From the IMG/VR virus record IMGVR_UViG_3300031998_000004: a stretch of DNA of 64,000 bases; one strand, written 5' to 3'. A model generated the notes under the pieces. It saw only the letters and a program-made list of their open reading frames with translations, was not told the DNA's origin and did not search any database. Origin of the DNA: a virus (taxonomy: Duplodnaviria > Caudoviricetes). This document shows positions 15,977 through 26,200 of this stretch, piece after piece (position 1 is the first letter of the stretch; each line of letters begins with the position of its first letter). The translations under genes and the position numbers were made by a program.

Positions 15977-17827
15977 TTACTCTTCTACCGGAGTAAAGAG
16001 ATTGATAAGAGTATCCTTATCAAGTGCAGTAAAGTCGTAGTCTGGAACCACCTGCTTGGTCTCACCGTTCTCATCAACGTAAGTCATCTCGGCCTTCCAC
16101 TCAGTGAACCCGGCGTCAAGCAAGAGTGTCTTGAGGTCAATGACGCTGTGGAGCTTGCGCTTCATCATATCGAACTTATCTACTGAGCTGAACCCACGTG
16201 AGACAATGCTCTGGCCAAAACCAAACTTGCAAGGATAAATCTTGTTATCCATTACAACACCCATCATCTCCTCTCGTCTCTCACTCGTAGTCCACTCCTC
16301 AAACTCTACTGTATTAGGGTCAACCATGTAGTTCTTATCGAGATAATCAATCTCCTGACGCCCCATGAAGTAACGGAACTTACTGCCTTCCTGACCACTG
16401 AATCGGTTGTTCCAAAGAACACCCTCCTGACGGGTACCACCCTTGAAGTAAAGGATTTCGGTTGCCTCAGGCCTTGCGGTAGTCATATCACCGCTGAAGA
16501 GAACCTCTTCTCCACTCCTATAGGCAGCATTCCAACCAATCTTATATCCGCTTGCGTCGGTAAAGGAAAGGTCAAAGTCGCGTGTTCCATCGGACTCCCT
16601 CCAGTAGATACCGAAGTAGTTGTGATTGGACATTTTATAGGCGGAACCGTAAGGAAGGTTTCCAGCGAACTTCTTCTCGGATACTGGACATGCAAGGTCG
16701 ATACTGGAAGGGAAACGAACTACACCCGCCTTCTTGCGGAGCCTGTCAACGAGCTCGGCATAAAGGACTCCGAAGACCCCGTTGAGATACTTCTCATCAA
16801 GAACAACACTCGCGCCATCGTTATCTACCCAGGCCTTTCCGTTCCTGATGAAGTAAGCGTTCTTACCACCGTCCTTTGCAAGAAGGAACCTCTCGCGGAT
16901 GGTCTGAAGGAGTGAGACAATCTTGAAGCTAGTGAGCTCACCAAGTCTGTCATAAACCTCATTAAGGTCCTTACGCTCACCAAGCACTGTCTGCCAGAAC
17001 CCCTCTCGCATAGGAACATGGTTCTTATCAGCCATCCTACGGATGTCATTGATAATCTTCTTGTTCCATACGCTTGTCTTAAATGCAAGGAAGATAGGCT
17101 TAAACCTGAAGAATACCTTTGAGAGTTCGGTGAGGTCTCTCTCGTCAAAGATTCCGAAGTTAATCACTCCTGAGTTAGCCTTGATAGCCTCGATAGTCTT
17201 ACGGTCCTTGATAAGGAGGGCGTTACCAGTAGCCTTATAAACCATCCAACGGACAATCTCAAGCCCACGGCGAGGGTGGATTCCAAGTCGGTCACAGAGC
17301 TGAATCATTGCCTCGCGGTTCTGAACATCCTCTACTGCGAAGTCGGAAGGGATCCAGGCCTTATGATCAACAATGTAGTCGACACAGGTGGTTACCATAT
17401 CGTTAGACATAGCGATACCACTGGTGAGCATCCCGATACACCTCTCAACAACCTCCTTAATGGTTGCAAGTCCAATGACCTTGTAGGTCTTGATGTCCGG
17501 AACATCACTCCTGTCGTCATCGTTGCACTTGTATACGAACTCGCTCTGGAAATCGGTTCCGTAAGTGGTTGCGTAGTGGAGGACCTGGTCGATGAACTGT
17601 TCGAACCTGGACTTGGACTTCATCTGCTTCCAACTCTTATAAAAGGTGGAGTTATAGTCAACTGTCTCGGATTCAATGAAACGTATAACGTCCTCATTGA
17701 TAAGTTCCGGATAGATAATCAAGTAACCTCTCTTGAGTGCCTCACTGAAAACATAGTCCTTGTTATTGAGCTGCTTTGATTCGGTCGTGCAAACTCCAAA
17801 CGCCTTAATAAGAATTGGATTCATCAT
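15977..17827 (-). CDS. Phage protein with C-terminal TerD-like domain
   Basis: GIYW..DFDLSF..IGWN..LFSGDMT.A.PEATE resembles TerD DxDLS/SGD motifs; probable start MMNP at 17827. Confidence 0.6.
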   Translation of the reverse strand: MMNPILIKAFGVCTTESKQLNNKDYVFSEALKRGYLIIYPELINEDVIRFIESETVDYNSTFYKSWKQMKSKSRFEQFIDQVLHYATTYGTDFQSEFVYKCNDDDRSDVPDIKTYKVIGLATIKEVVERCIGMLTSGIAMSNDMVTTCVDYIVDHKAWIPSDFAVEDVQNREAMIQLCDRLGIHPRRGLEIVRWMVYKATGNALLIKDRKTIEAIKANSGVINFGIFDERDLTELSKVFFRFKPIFLAFKTSVWNKKIINDIRRMADKNHVPMREGFWQTVLGERKDLNEVYDRLGELTSFKIVSLLQTIRERFLLAKDGGKNAYFIRNGKAWVDNDGASVVLDEKYLNGVFGVLYAELVDRLRKKAGVVRFPSSIDLACPVSEKKFAGNLPYGSAYKMSNHNYFGIYWRESDGTRDFDLSFTDASGYKIGWNAAYRSGEEVLFSGDMTTARPEATEILYFKGGTRQEGVLWNNRFSGQEGSKFRYFMGRQEIDYLDKNYMVDPNTVEFEEWTTSERREEMMGVVMDNKIYPCKFGFGQSIVSRGFSSVDKFDMMKRKLHSVIDLKTLLLDAGFTEWKAEMTYVDENGETKQVVPDYDFTALDKDTLINLFTPVEE

Positions 17828-17860
17828 AACTTTTTTTGTTTTAATTTCGTGTATAAAAAA

Positions 17861-17922
17861 AGACAGCGAGAAGTAATTCACTGGTAAAACGATCAATTTT
17901 ATAGGAACTTCTTATGCTATCT
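17861..17922 (-). ncRNA. Putative structured RNA motif, gene-proximal copy
   Basis: AGAUAGC-AUA-AGAAGU-(UCCUAU...UU)-ACUUCU-C-GCUGUCU. Confidence 0.65.
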
Positions 17923-17938
17923 ATCATAGTTCTAAACA

Positions 17939-18003
17939 AAGAGCGGAAGGTAAAAACTTAAAAACCATATTTTAACTAAAAATAGGAACCTTACTATGCT
18001 CTT
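17939..18003 (-). ncRNA. Putative structured RNA motif, distal copy
   Basis: AAGAGC-AUAGU-AAGGU-(UCCUAU...UU)-ACCUU-CC-GCUCUU; compensatory changes vs the other copy. Confidence 0.65.
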
Positions 18004-18026
18004 ATGTTTTATAAATATAAAAAGGA

Positions 18027-18644
18027 TTACTGTTCTTTAACCTTTTTGTTAGATTTTTTTGTCGGTTTCTTCTTTGACGCCTCGCTGGAGCCAAACCCAC
18101 CTTCACCTCGCTCGGTGCTTGAAAGCTCCTTAACTTCTTGAATATCAATATGATCAAAGGTTAAAGGAACCAACTGACCTATCGCTTCGCCGACCTTATA
18201 TGGCGCATACGGATAAGGGCTCACCATATCTCTCCAGTACTCAATCTCATCTTCAAAAGTATGTATCAACCTCCACCAAAATGGTCGCCGCGGCCACATA
18301 ATTGATGCATTATTGATTGCTCGCTGTTCAAGAGATGTTCTATTCTTATATATAAAACAAATCTCCCCCCTATACTGATCACTATCAATCAATCCCACCG
18401 CATTAACAAGATAGGCGTCTCCGTGTTTATAGATACTTGACTTCATCATACCGAGTATTCCCATGTGTCCGGATGTCTCACATGCGAGTCCTGTGTGATA
18501 GATATACACATCGTTCTTTTCATCATAATCCATACTCACAGCAAACACATCCAACCCTATGTCACCATCATGTGCATATGTAGGAAGTGTTGCCTCTGGA
18601 ACAAGTTTCTTAAACTTGACTGTTCTTCTAGTTACTATTGCCAT
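18027..18644 (-). CDS. dut: dUTPase (trimeric type)
   Basis: PTYAHDGDIGLD, HTGL, GLIDSDQYRGEI, IGQL, ERGEGGFGSS. Confidence 0.9.
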   Translation of the reverse strand: MAIVTRRTVKFKKLVPEATLPTYAHDGDIGLDVFAVSMDYDEKNDVYIYHTGLACETSGHMGILGMMKSSIYKHGDAYLVNAVGLIDSDQYRGEICFIYKNRTSLEQRAINNASIMWPRRPFWWRLIHTFEDEIEYWRDMVSPYPYAPYKVGEAIGQLVPLTFDHIDIQEVKELSSTERGEGGFGSSEASKKKPTKKSNKKVKEQ

Positions 18645-19437
18645 AATATATACTTTCTGCTATTTTCAATATGTCGTCTTTAATTGACATTAAGTCATTT
18701 CCTTTGATTTGGAGACTAAAGTCCCATCTCTGGTCGTCCTTCAATAAGTCAAGACCACCCTTTTTCTTATAGCCGCGTCTCTCAACATTGACTATAACTG
18801 CATGTTTATCAATAAGATAACTGAGTTCTGTGGGTGCTTTAATATCAGTATAGATGCGGATTCCGTCTTCAAAATACTCTTCATTTCTTCTATCATTCTG
18901 TGCTGTGCTCTTCACCCATACATCCCGACCAAAATACTTCTGCATTACGGATTGACCAAAATAGAGAATGAAATCTCGAAGAGACATCTTACACTCGCCA
19001 GTACTTCTTTCGTCGTCGAGGTAAGATGGACAATAAGACATCATCGTACCAGGCTTCATAAGTCCTTCTGGAAGCTCATCCACTTCTTCAATTGTGAATG
19101 TCCTCAAATCTACTACAGCATGGTCCTTCCAATACTCTTCCTGCAAGTATTTGAAGTCACACCCAAGGAGCTGTTGAACCATGGTTTTGGGCGCATCACC
19201 AAACGCGTCGAGATAAACGTATTTAAAATCGGATTCTGCAAAAGCACGATCTTTATCATCAACGAGTTTCTTTACGACATCATTATACATTATATTAAAA
19301 TGATGTTTATATGCTTCTTCATTATTTACTTCAAGTTCTTCAGTACGATCAATAAACTCAAGAGTACTAGCGAGTAGGAACGCAACGGATTCCTTACCAG
19401 CACCTCTATGACCACGAATACCAATTAGTTTCTGCAT
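18628..19437 (-). CDS. Deoxynucleoside monophosphate kinase (T4 gp1-like)
   Basis: IGIRGHRGAGKE P-loop, FGDAPK, LRDFILYFG, DVWVK, TDIK.PTE. Confidence 0.75.
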   Translation of the reverse strand: MQKLIGIRGHRGAGKESVAFLLASTLEFIDRTEELEVNNEEAYKHHFNIMYNDVVKKLVDDKDRAFAESDFKYVYLDAFGDAPKTMVQQLLGCDFKYLQEEYWKDHAVVDLRTFTIEEVDELPEGLMKPGTMMSYCPSYLDDERSTGECKMSLRDFILYFGQSVMQKYFGRDVWVKSTAQNDRRNEEYFEDGIRIYTDIKAPTELSYLIDKHAVIVNVERRGYKKKGGLDLLKDDQRWDFSLQIKGNDLMSIKDDILKIAESIYYGNSN

Positions 19438-19458
19438 ATTTTAATATATTAAAATTCA

Positions 19459-20655
19459 TTAGTTTATTTTTCGGACAGCATCAAACAAAACATCAGGATC
19501 GATATCGTACTTCTGTGCGTTGAGTTTCATGTGGTTGATTGTCTCTTGGAGTATTTGACTAATACGAGCTATACTTAAACCCTCCTGATCGGAGATCTCT
19601 CGTGGGGTCATCGGTCGTGGTAATCCAATACCAAATTTCTTAAGGAAAATAACCCGATCTCTTGTCTTTACCCCATCAAGGAGTTTTTTAAGTGATTCCT
19701 TAAATGTATAATATGCTTCATTAATATCCAGGTCAGTTCGTGAGTCGTCTTCTATCATCAGAAGGTCCCCAACCGTAGTATCTGAGTCGGACTTGACGGG
19801 TGCATCTATATCAACAGTAATCTCTTTCTTATAACTACCAAACTCCTCCTTCTCCTTCTTAATATCCGCTTTGGGTTTCTTAACAAGCCTGCTGTAGTTA
19901 TCTAGTTCAATCATTATATAGGCGCGTATCCACATGCTAGCTACCGAACTGAACTTTGCATTTTGAATATTCTTATCGACCCACTTCAGTACTTCTTCTT
20001 TCTTATACTGACCTGGCTTACCAAACCGATATACAAACTTATTCTTAACATCACCGTAAGTGAAGAATGAGTTAACAGCCGCTTCAATATCCTTATATGT
20101 AACGGTGTCTGGTAAGGATTCAAGAGCGACCCGCACGTCATCATGGAGAGTGGACTTCTTCGGATTATACTTATCCCAACTAATCACTAATCCCAAGTTA
20201 CCGGCACTAATGAGATCTTGTAGACTCAGACCCAGTCCCTGGAAGCCCTTAGCTATACTAATAACTGTCTTGAGATTCATAGATATAAGTTTATCACGAT
20301 TCTCAGGACAGTACTCGATATCAAAATCGTTATTGTTCTTGGTATAAATATGATTAATCTCCTTGAAATATTGCTGGATGGAGTTCTCTGGAATCCACTC
20401 ACCCGGGGCTTCCTTCATAATATCAAATGCATCTTCAATAGAGATGTTCTCGCGTATCGCTACGTGGAGCGCGGATTTTAAGATTGTATCAAAGTTAGAA
20501 AATTTGTTTGCTTTCTGCATCACGTTCATCCCGTCTTCAATACTTGACATAGAGTCTTCAAGTGGAACGGGACAGCATTCTAAATTATCGTATTTATCAA
20601 TTAAATCGGAATTTTTATCAATAAAACTTGTGAGTTTTTCTTCATATGTTAACAT
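19459..20655 (-). CDS. Sigma-70-family RNA polymerase sigma factor
   Basis: Region 2 NLKTVISIAK, DLISAGNLGL, KFS..A..WIR; region 4 HTH MTPREIS..GLSIARISQI. Confidence 0.88.
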   Translation of the reverse strand: MLTYEEKLTSFIDKNSDLIDKYDNLECCPVPLEDSMSSIEDGMNVMQKANKFSNFDTILKSALHVAIRENISIEDAFDIMKEAPGEWIPENSIQQYFKEINHIYTKNNNDFDIEYCPENRDKLISMNLKTVISIAKGFQGLGLSLQDLISAGNLGLVISWDKYNPKKSTLHDDVRVALESLPDTVTYKDIEAAVNSFFTYGDVKNKFVYRFGKPGQYKKEEVLKWVDKNIQNAKFSSVASMWIRAYIMIELDNYSRLVKKPKADIKKEKEEFGSYKKEITVDIDAPVKSDSDTTVGDLLMIEDDSRTDLDINEAYYTFKESLKKLLDGVKTRDRVIFLKKFGIGLPRPMTPREISDQEGLSIARISQILQETINHMKLNAQKYDIDPDVLFDAVRKIN

Positions 20656-20718
20656 GTTTAATAGTGAATATATTCATTTATCACTATAAACTATTCGAAA
20701 AATATTGATTATTTAGAT

Positions 20719-21192
20719 ATGAATGTATTTATAGGTTGTTCACAAGAAAAGAAATCTTCGACTTGTAAGGCTGAAGACATGTATACTTCTTCTATATTCA
20801 AAAAATCCATCATATATGCGAAAGAAGTATTACATGCGGATCATATATATATACTATCAGCAAAGCATTTTCTTTTACCCTTAAATAAAACCATATCTCC
20901 TTATAATACATATCTCAGTGATTTTTCGGCCGAAAAACGAAAAGAATGGGCTGAAGAAGTTATTAAACAAATGAAATCTCATCATATAAATTTTTCCGAA
21001 AAAACTATATTCCTTTGTGGAGAAACGTATTATGGAAATCTTGAAGGTGAATTTTCTGATTGTAGATGTCCTTTTAAAGGAAGAAAATTCGGATTTATTC
21101 TTAAATGGTTAAAGAATAAATGTAAAGGCAAAGATCAAGTAAAAGAAGGAATGACTTCGTTATACGATTATTTGAAAGAGGATCTCGGTTGA
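20719..21192 (+). CDS. DUF6884/YaaA-like protein
   Basis: IGCSQEKK, AEDMYTSSIF, YILSAKH.LL, ISPYN. Confidence 0.65.
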   Translation: MNVFIGCSQEKKSSTCKAEDMYTSSIFKKSIIYAKEVLHADHIYILSAKHFLLPLNKTISPYNTYLSDFSAEKRKEWAEEVIKQMKSHHINFSEKTIFLCGETYYGNLEGEFSDCRCPFKGRKFGFILKWLKNKCKGKDQVKEGMTSLYDYLKEDLG

Positions 21193-21200
21193 GATCCTCT
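21177..21200. terminator. Terminator-like hairpin between convergent genes
   Basis: AGAGGATCTC-ggtt-GAGATCCTCT. Confidence 0.6.
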
Positions 21201-21257
21201 TGTTATATATGATATTTCATATGTTTATGTCTAGTTATGTATGTTTTATATGAAATA

Positions 21258-21596
21258 TCATATATTTTCAACGTATCTTATTCCTCGAAACCCTTTCATA
21301 AGAATCATATCTTCCATATAATGAAACTTCCCAGATCGACATATGTACCATCCTTTCGGCCAAACAGTTCCGGTTGTAGAACAAGTGAATCCATCACTAT
21401 ATATAACATCAACTATCTCCATCCATCCTTGTACATATCCATTGTGACATATATAGCAACGTCCTCCAATAAGATTTTGTTTAGGTTTGAATGGAACTTT
21501 GAATAACATCATCTGAGATCCATATGCAACAGTTTCTAATTCTTTCTTATAGTCTTCCCATTTAATCTTTTTGGGTATTGTAATAATTACATTCAT
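21258..21596 (-). CDS. Hypothetical protein (possibly ASCH/PUA-like)
   Basis: 112 aa; GGRCYI..G.VQG and MKGFRGIRY. Confidence 0.5.
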   Translation of the reverse strand: MNVIITIPKKIKWEDYKKELETVAYGSQMMLFKVPFKPKQNLIGGRCYICHNGYVQGWMEIVDVIYSDGFTCSTTGTVWPKGWYICRSGKFHYMEDMILMKGFRGIRYVENI

Positions 21597-21600
21597 ATGC

Positions 21601-23229
21601 TTAATTTAATTTAAGTTTCCATTTTACATGCCCTGAATCATATATCCTATAAAATGGTAATTCATTCATTATTTCAAATTCGGTTTTATTTTCAGTATCA
21701 TATCCTAATTGATTTAATCTAGATTTAGTAAAAGAAGTCCTATGATATCTAATATAACTAGATTGATTTATATACCAATATGCATTAGTAATTTTCCCAT
21801 TGGTCAAAAATCCTAGTTTTTTATATAAATCCCCATTGCTGATATCATTAGATGAAAATGACACTATACTTGATGGATTATATTGTCTAATGAAATATTT
21901 TAATAACCTATCAGCGCCTCCAATAACCTGGGTGTTTAATTTCGTGCAAAATCTTGTTAATTCCCAACAATTATCATTTTTACCTCCGCTTAATTTACTT
22001 CTTTTTGAAAAGGTCATAACACCGATCAAATTATTTTGATAAAATAACCCAATTTTAACGGAAGCATTTGTTTTACCTTGAATATGATTTTGATTAAGGA
22101 AATCGATATATTCATCTCCTATTTCTTTAATATCGCACTTTCTGGCATATATTCGTTCATTATATATACCAAGTTTAGATAATAACAGAGATTTTACTAT
22201 TTCCGGATGTAATTTAATCCAATCCTCCCATATAGAAATTAATTGAATTCCTTTTTCTTTACATTTTAAATACTTCTCTTCATGATAATGAATTGGTTTA
22301 TTATCGGAATCGTGCCAGTAGCACCCGTTGCATTCAATAGCAATGGATTTTGATGGAATAAATATATCAATTTCTTGATTCTCTAATATAGACCTATTCC
22401 TTTCAACAAAATTTATATTATATTCAATCAATATGTTTTTTACAAATTTTTCCAATCCCGATTGATTCGAATGTAGAGGATTTTGTTTTGTACACAAAAC
22501 CGTTCCAATTTTATTTCTATCCCAATATGTTCCGGAAAATATTGTAAAATGTTTCTCTTTACATAAATCACAATTACAATCATTACATTTTACTTCCCAT
22601 GACCCATCATCGTTATACCATAATACATCAGGATTATCTTTTAAAAAATTATTTCTATGTTTATTTAATATTTTCTTTTTATTTTCTTCGATATTTTGGG
22701 GCAAATTTAATATTTCAACATAATTTTTAACTCCATATTTTTTCTTAAAAGTTTCTTCTTTTTTTAAAATTATTTCTGGTGCATGTAAAGTGCAAGTTAC
22801 ACCATATTTTTCGAGACTTTTATTTTTCCTTTTTTCTACAACCGAAGGAATTTGGGAAACATTTTCTACACCGTATTTTTTTAACGTTGTTTGCTTAGCC
22901 TTATCCCTGTTTGTAAAATGTTTTTCTCCATATTTTTTTATAGAAGTGTCAATTCTTTTTTGTTTAGTATCTTCTCCTTTACCGCAACATACTAATGAAC
23001 AATATTTATGATAATATTTATCTGATTTATTAAACGATACTCGCTCTCCGCATATAGCACATACTGGATAATTGATTATATTATTTTTCCACCAATAAAG
23101 TTTTTCTAACCACGTTATATCATCCGGATAATTATCAATTAAATATTGATAAAATTCGGGGAAATGATTTTTAATATATTCTTCTCTCCAATAATATCCT
23201 TTGGTTATTGTTTTGTCTGGTTCTATCAT
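21601..23229 (-). CDS. Hef-like putative homing endonuclease: Zn-finger, KKYGV repeats, PD-(D/E)xK nuclease, C-terminal GNAT-like domain
   Basis: CAIC..CSLVC; four K/EKYG repeats; EIDIFIP..IAIECNG.YWH; IWED; ELTRFC..GG..RLLKYF..LYKKLGF; very AT-rich. Confidence 0.75.
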   Translation of the reverse strand: MIEPDKTITKGYYWREEYIKNHFPEFYQYLIDNYPDDITWLEKLYWWKNNIINYPVCAICGERVSFNKSDKYYHKYCSLVCCGKGEDTKQKRIDTSIKKYGEKHFTNRDKAKQTTLKKYGVENVSQIPSVVEKRKNKSLEKYGVTCTLHAPEIILKKEETFKKKYGVKNYVEILNLPQNIEENKKKILNKHRNNFLKDNPDVLWYNDDGSWEVKCNDCNCDLCKEKHFTIFSGTYWDRNKIGTVLCTKQNPLHSNQSGLEKFVKNILIEYNINFVERNRSILENQEIDIFIPSKSIAIECNGCYWHDSDNKPIHYHEEKYLKCKEKGIQLISIWEDWIKLHPEIVKSLLLSKLGIYNERIYARKCDIKEIGDEYIDFLNQNHIQGKTNASVKIGLFYQNNLIGVMTFSKRSKLSGGKNDNCWELTRFCTKLNTQVIGGADRLLKYFIRQYNPSSIVSFSSNDISNGDLYKKLGFLTNGKITNAYWYINQSSYIRYHRTSFTKSRLNQLGYDTENKTEFEIMNELPFYRIYDSGHVKWKLKLN

Positions 23230-23292
23230 GATTAAATAATAAATATAAAATTATATTATTTTAATTCCAGAGGCATTATTAAATAATATTAT

Positions 23293-26200
23293 TTATTGAT
23301 TTCCGAGAAACTCACCGATAAATGAGTTATCGATCATCTCTCCAATGTTATCTTCAAGAGATGTTCTCTCTGGCCACAACAACTCAACTCTCTCCATTGT
23401 AAACTTACCATCACGCTTTGGTCTTCCACACTTAACAAGACACTTGAAGATCTGGTCAAACTTCTTCACCATATCGTCCATGGTCATAGCTGCAAGATTG
23501 ACTTTAATGATATCTGTACTCACCCGATTGGCATACTTGATGGCGAACGATCTTAAGAAATTATTATAGTTACTTTTTGTGGTCTCGCCGAGATCACTAA
23601 ACTCATAAGCTTCCATCATAAACTCCTTAATAGGAAGGTCAAGTCGCTCGTTCTTATCATTGTACATTATATTCACAAGTGTCCTAACCCTACCTATTGC
23701 TGCAAAGTTAAATGTTCCATTCTTGTTTCTACAGTGTTCGAAAATATCCCGGATTTGGTCCATCTCGTATTGTTTAGAGAGTGACACGAAGATGGGGACT
23801 ACCTTTTCAAAAACCTCGATGTTCTTCACGATCATCTTGTTATTGCTTAAATCCTCTTTCCATTCATTACCTTTCTTAATGTCAAACCTACCTCTGAGAA
23901 CTTCTTTATAGATGTTTAACCTATCCTCAGTGATAATATCCATCAACTCTTCGATGTGTGTGGTATTAAGAGTGAGTTGTTCGTCGTAAGCGAGCTTAAC
24001 CATGTCCTTAAGATTAGAGAAGTCCTCCATCCCTTCCATCTTAAAATCCTTTAGATCACGAGCTTGAATCTCATACCCGTATGCCTGCATACCCTTCATA
24101 ATTACTGGGAGTTGCTGAACATACTCGCGATACTTCCTTTCAAAATAAATCACTTTATAAGCGATTTCATTGAGGTAATACTTATTATCTAATTCATTAT
24201 ACTCAATGAACTTATTATCGCGTATAATCGAAGATACGAGACTGTTATAGCGATATTCTACAGGGTTCCTCTCAATCATCTCATTACATATCCTTAAGAT
24301 TGAATGGACATTCTTTATCTCTTCATCATTAAGTTTAAAGTCTAGTGGTTTAAATTTATGAAGAGAACGTGAATTACCTTCTGCATCATTTTTTGCTACG
24401 TATAAATTAACAAATAGATTGGTTTTACGGATCCGGTTAGACCATTGGTCTAATTCATGAGGCATATATAAATCCGCAAAATAAATTTCGAAATTATATG
24501 AATCCAAAATGTCTGATCCCACTGAAAGATATGAGCTACATAACAACACCTGGATGTCTTTGATAGTCTTCTTAAAGTTCACATCATCCATAAAATCCTC
24601 ACCCACATTACTTTTCTTATAATACTGAAGACGAAGTGGTTCATAGATTGCATGTTCATGTTGTAGGAAATATGTCACGGCCGCATTAATTTGTTTACTA
24701 TAGAGAGTACCATTATTTGTAGGGAATAATACTCGTTTTCCATTAGCAATATCATTTGCCATAGCACGACACATCTGGAACATAAGGTGTTGACTAGAGT
24801 CTACAAGATTTACCTTAAAAACCTTTTGTCTTGTTTCTTCTTTAATAACCTTTAGGTGTACAGCATCTGGAAAGAATACGAGTTCCCCGCTTGGGGTTCC
24901 ACTCATCATAATGATTGGAATCTCGGTGTTCCTGATCATCTCAACAACCTTTGCCATTACTGGTCGGTACTCGGACATGAACATCAAGTGACTCTCGTCA
25001 ATGAATATATAGTTAAATCCATTTGCTTTAACGTCCATCAGATTCAAACGACTGAACTTATCAATTGTAAGGGATAGACCTTTTGCAACATCAAGTCTCG
25101 GAGCTCGGTTTCCATAACTGTAATACCAATCTTTATCTCCTTCAGTCTTTGATTTGATAACACTGGTGAATGGGAGAACAAGCATCACTTTCTTTCCTTC
25201 CTTTGCCAACATCTTCACCATTTCGGTCTTACCAAGACCGGGACCAGCCTCAAGCAGAGTCAGTCTCCCACAGGCATCAAGAATATCATATCTTATATTG
25301 CCTAGATATTGGTCTTTTGATATTTTGAATTCCTTGTAGTATTTACTTTCCTTAATCAACACAGGATTCTCAATCTGTTTCATTGCGGAGAATATCTCGC
25401 TCTCATCAAACGTATCATTCTCAATGTTTAATTTGATTTTGAACCCATGTACATTATTAAGTCTATCAACCGCCCAAGGATCAACTGGTTTCTTATATTT
25501 GTTTGCTGTGATACAGTCAGCTTGTAACTCTTTGTCTTTCACAGCGTTACTAGTGATCATTCGGAGATACCTATATCCTTGTTCAAACCCATACAAGGAT
25601 ACAAGTGTGTTTGCAAGTCTCCACCTTTCATTATGCTTATAGTGAACTTTGTTATGTGTATCAAACTCAAGCAGTGGTTTGTCAATAACACTTACTTGAA
25701 TGTTGTTTCTCTCATCATCAACAAAGGTATCAAACCTTTTGAATACTTCTTTAAGGTCAGGATAGGTTATCCAGTCAAGCTCCGGACAACCAACATCATC
25801 TATGCTATCAAAGTTCACATAGATGAAATCTTCAAAGAAATGTGATGAAATAAGTGGGTGTGGATCGTATCCAATAATCGCTCCCTGTTGTGGTTTGAAC
25901 ATTGACAGGTCCATCCACTTAAGGATATCGTTCTTGGTGTAGCCCAACTTCTCACATCCACTCAAGATACTCAAGTATACAAATGAATACTTATGACGGA
26001 AGTTGGTTAGGAAAAGAAGTCTCTTCTTCTTTACATCTTCATTATCCTTCTCCGGAACTGCAATCTTCGTCCATACGTGAAGGCCCATCTTCGATGAACT
26101 CAAACACACCCCCAAGAACCAGTTACAATTCTTGAGTTTATCGAATATAATCTTTTTAATCTCTCTTGCAAGGGTTGCATCTTTAATATCCAAGTCAATT

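Noticed and set aside
15977-17827. Ro60/TROVE assignment for the gene below the RNA motif
   Set aside because: No recognisable TROVE or vWA MIDAS (DxSxS) motif; only TerD-like motifs are supportable
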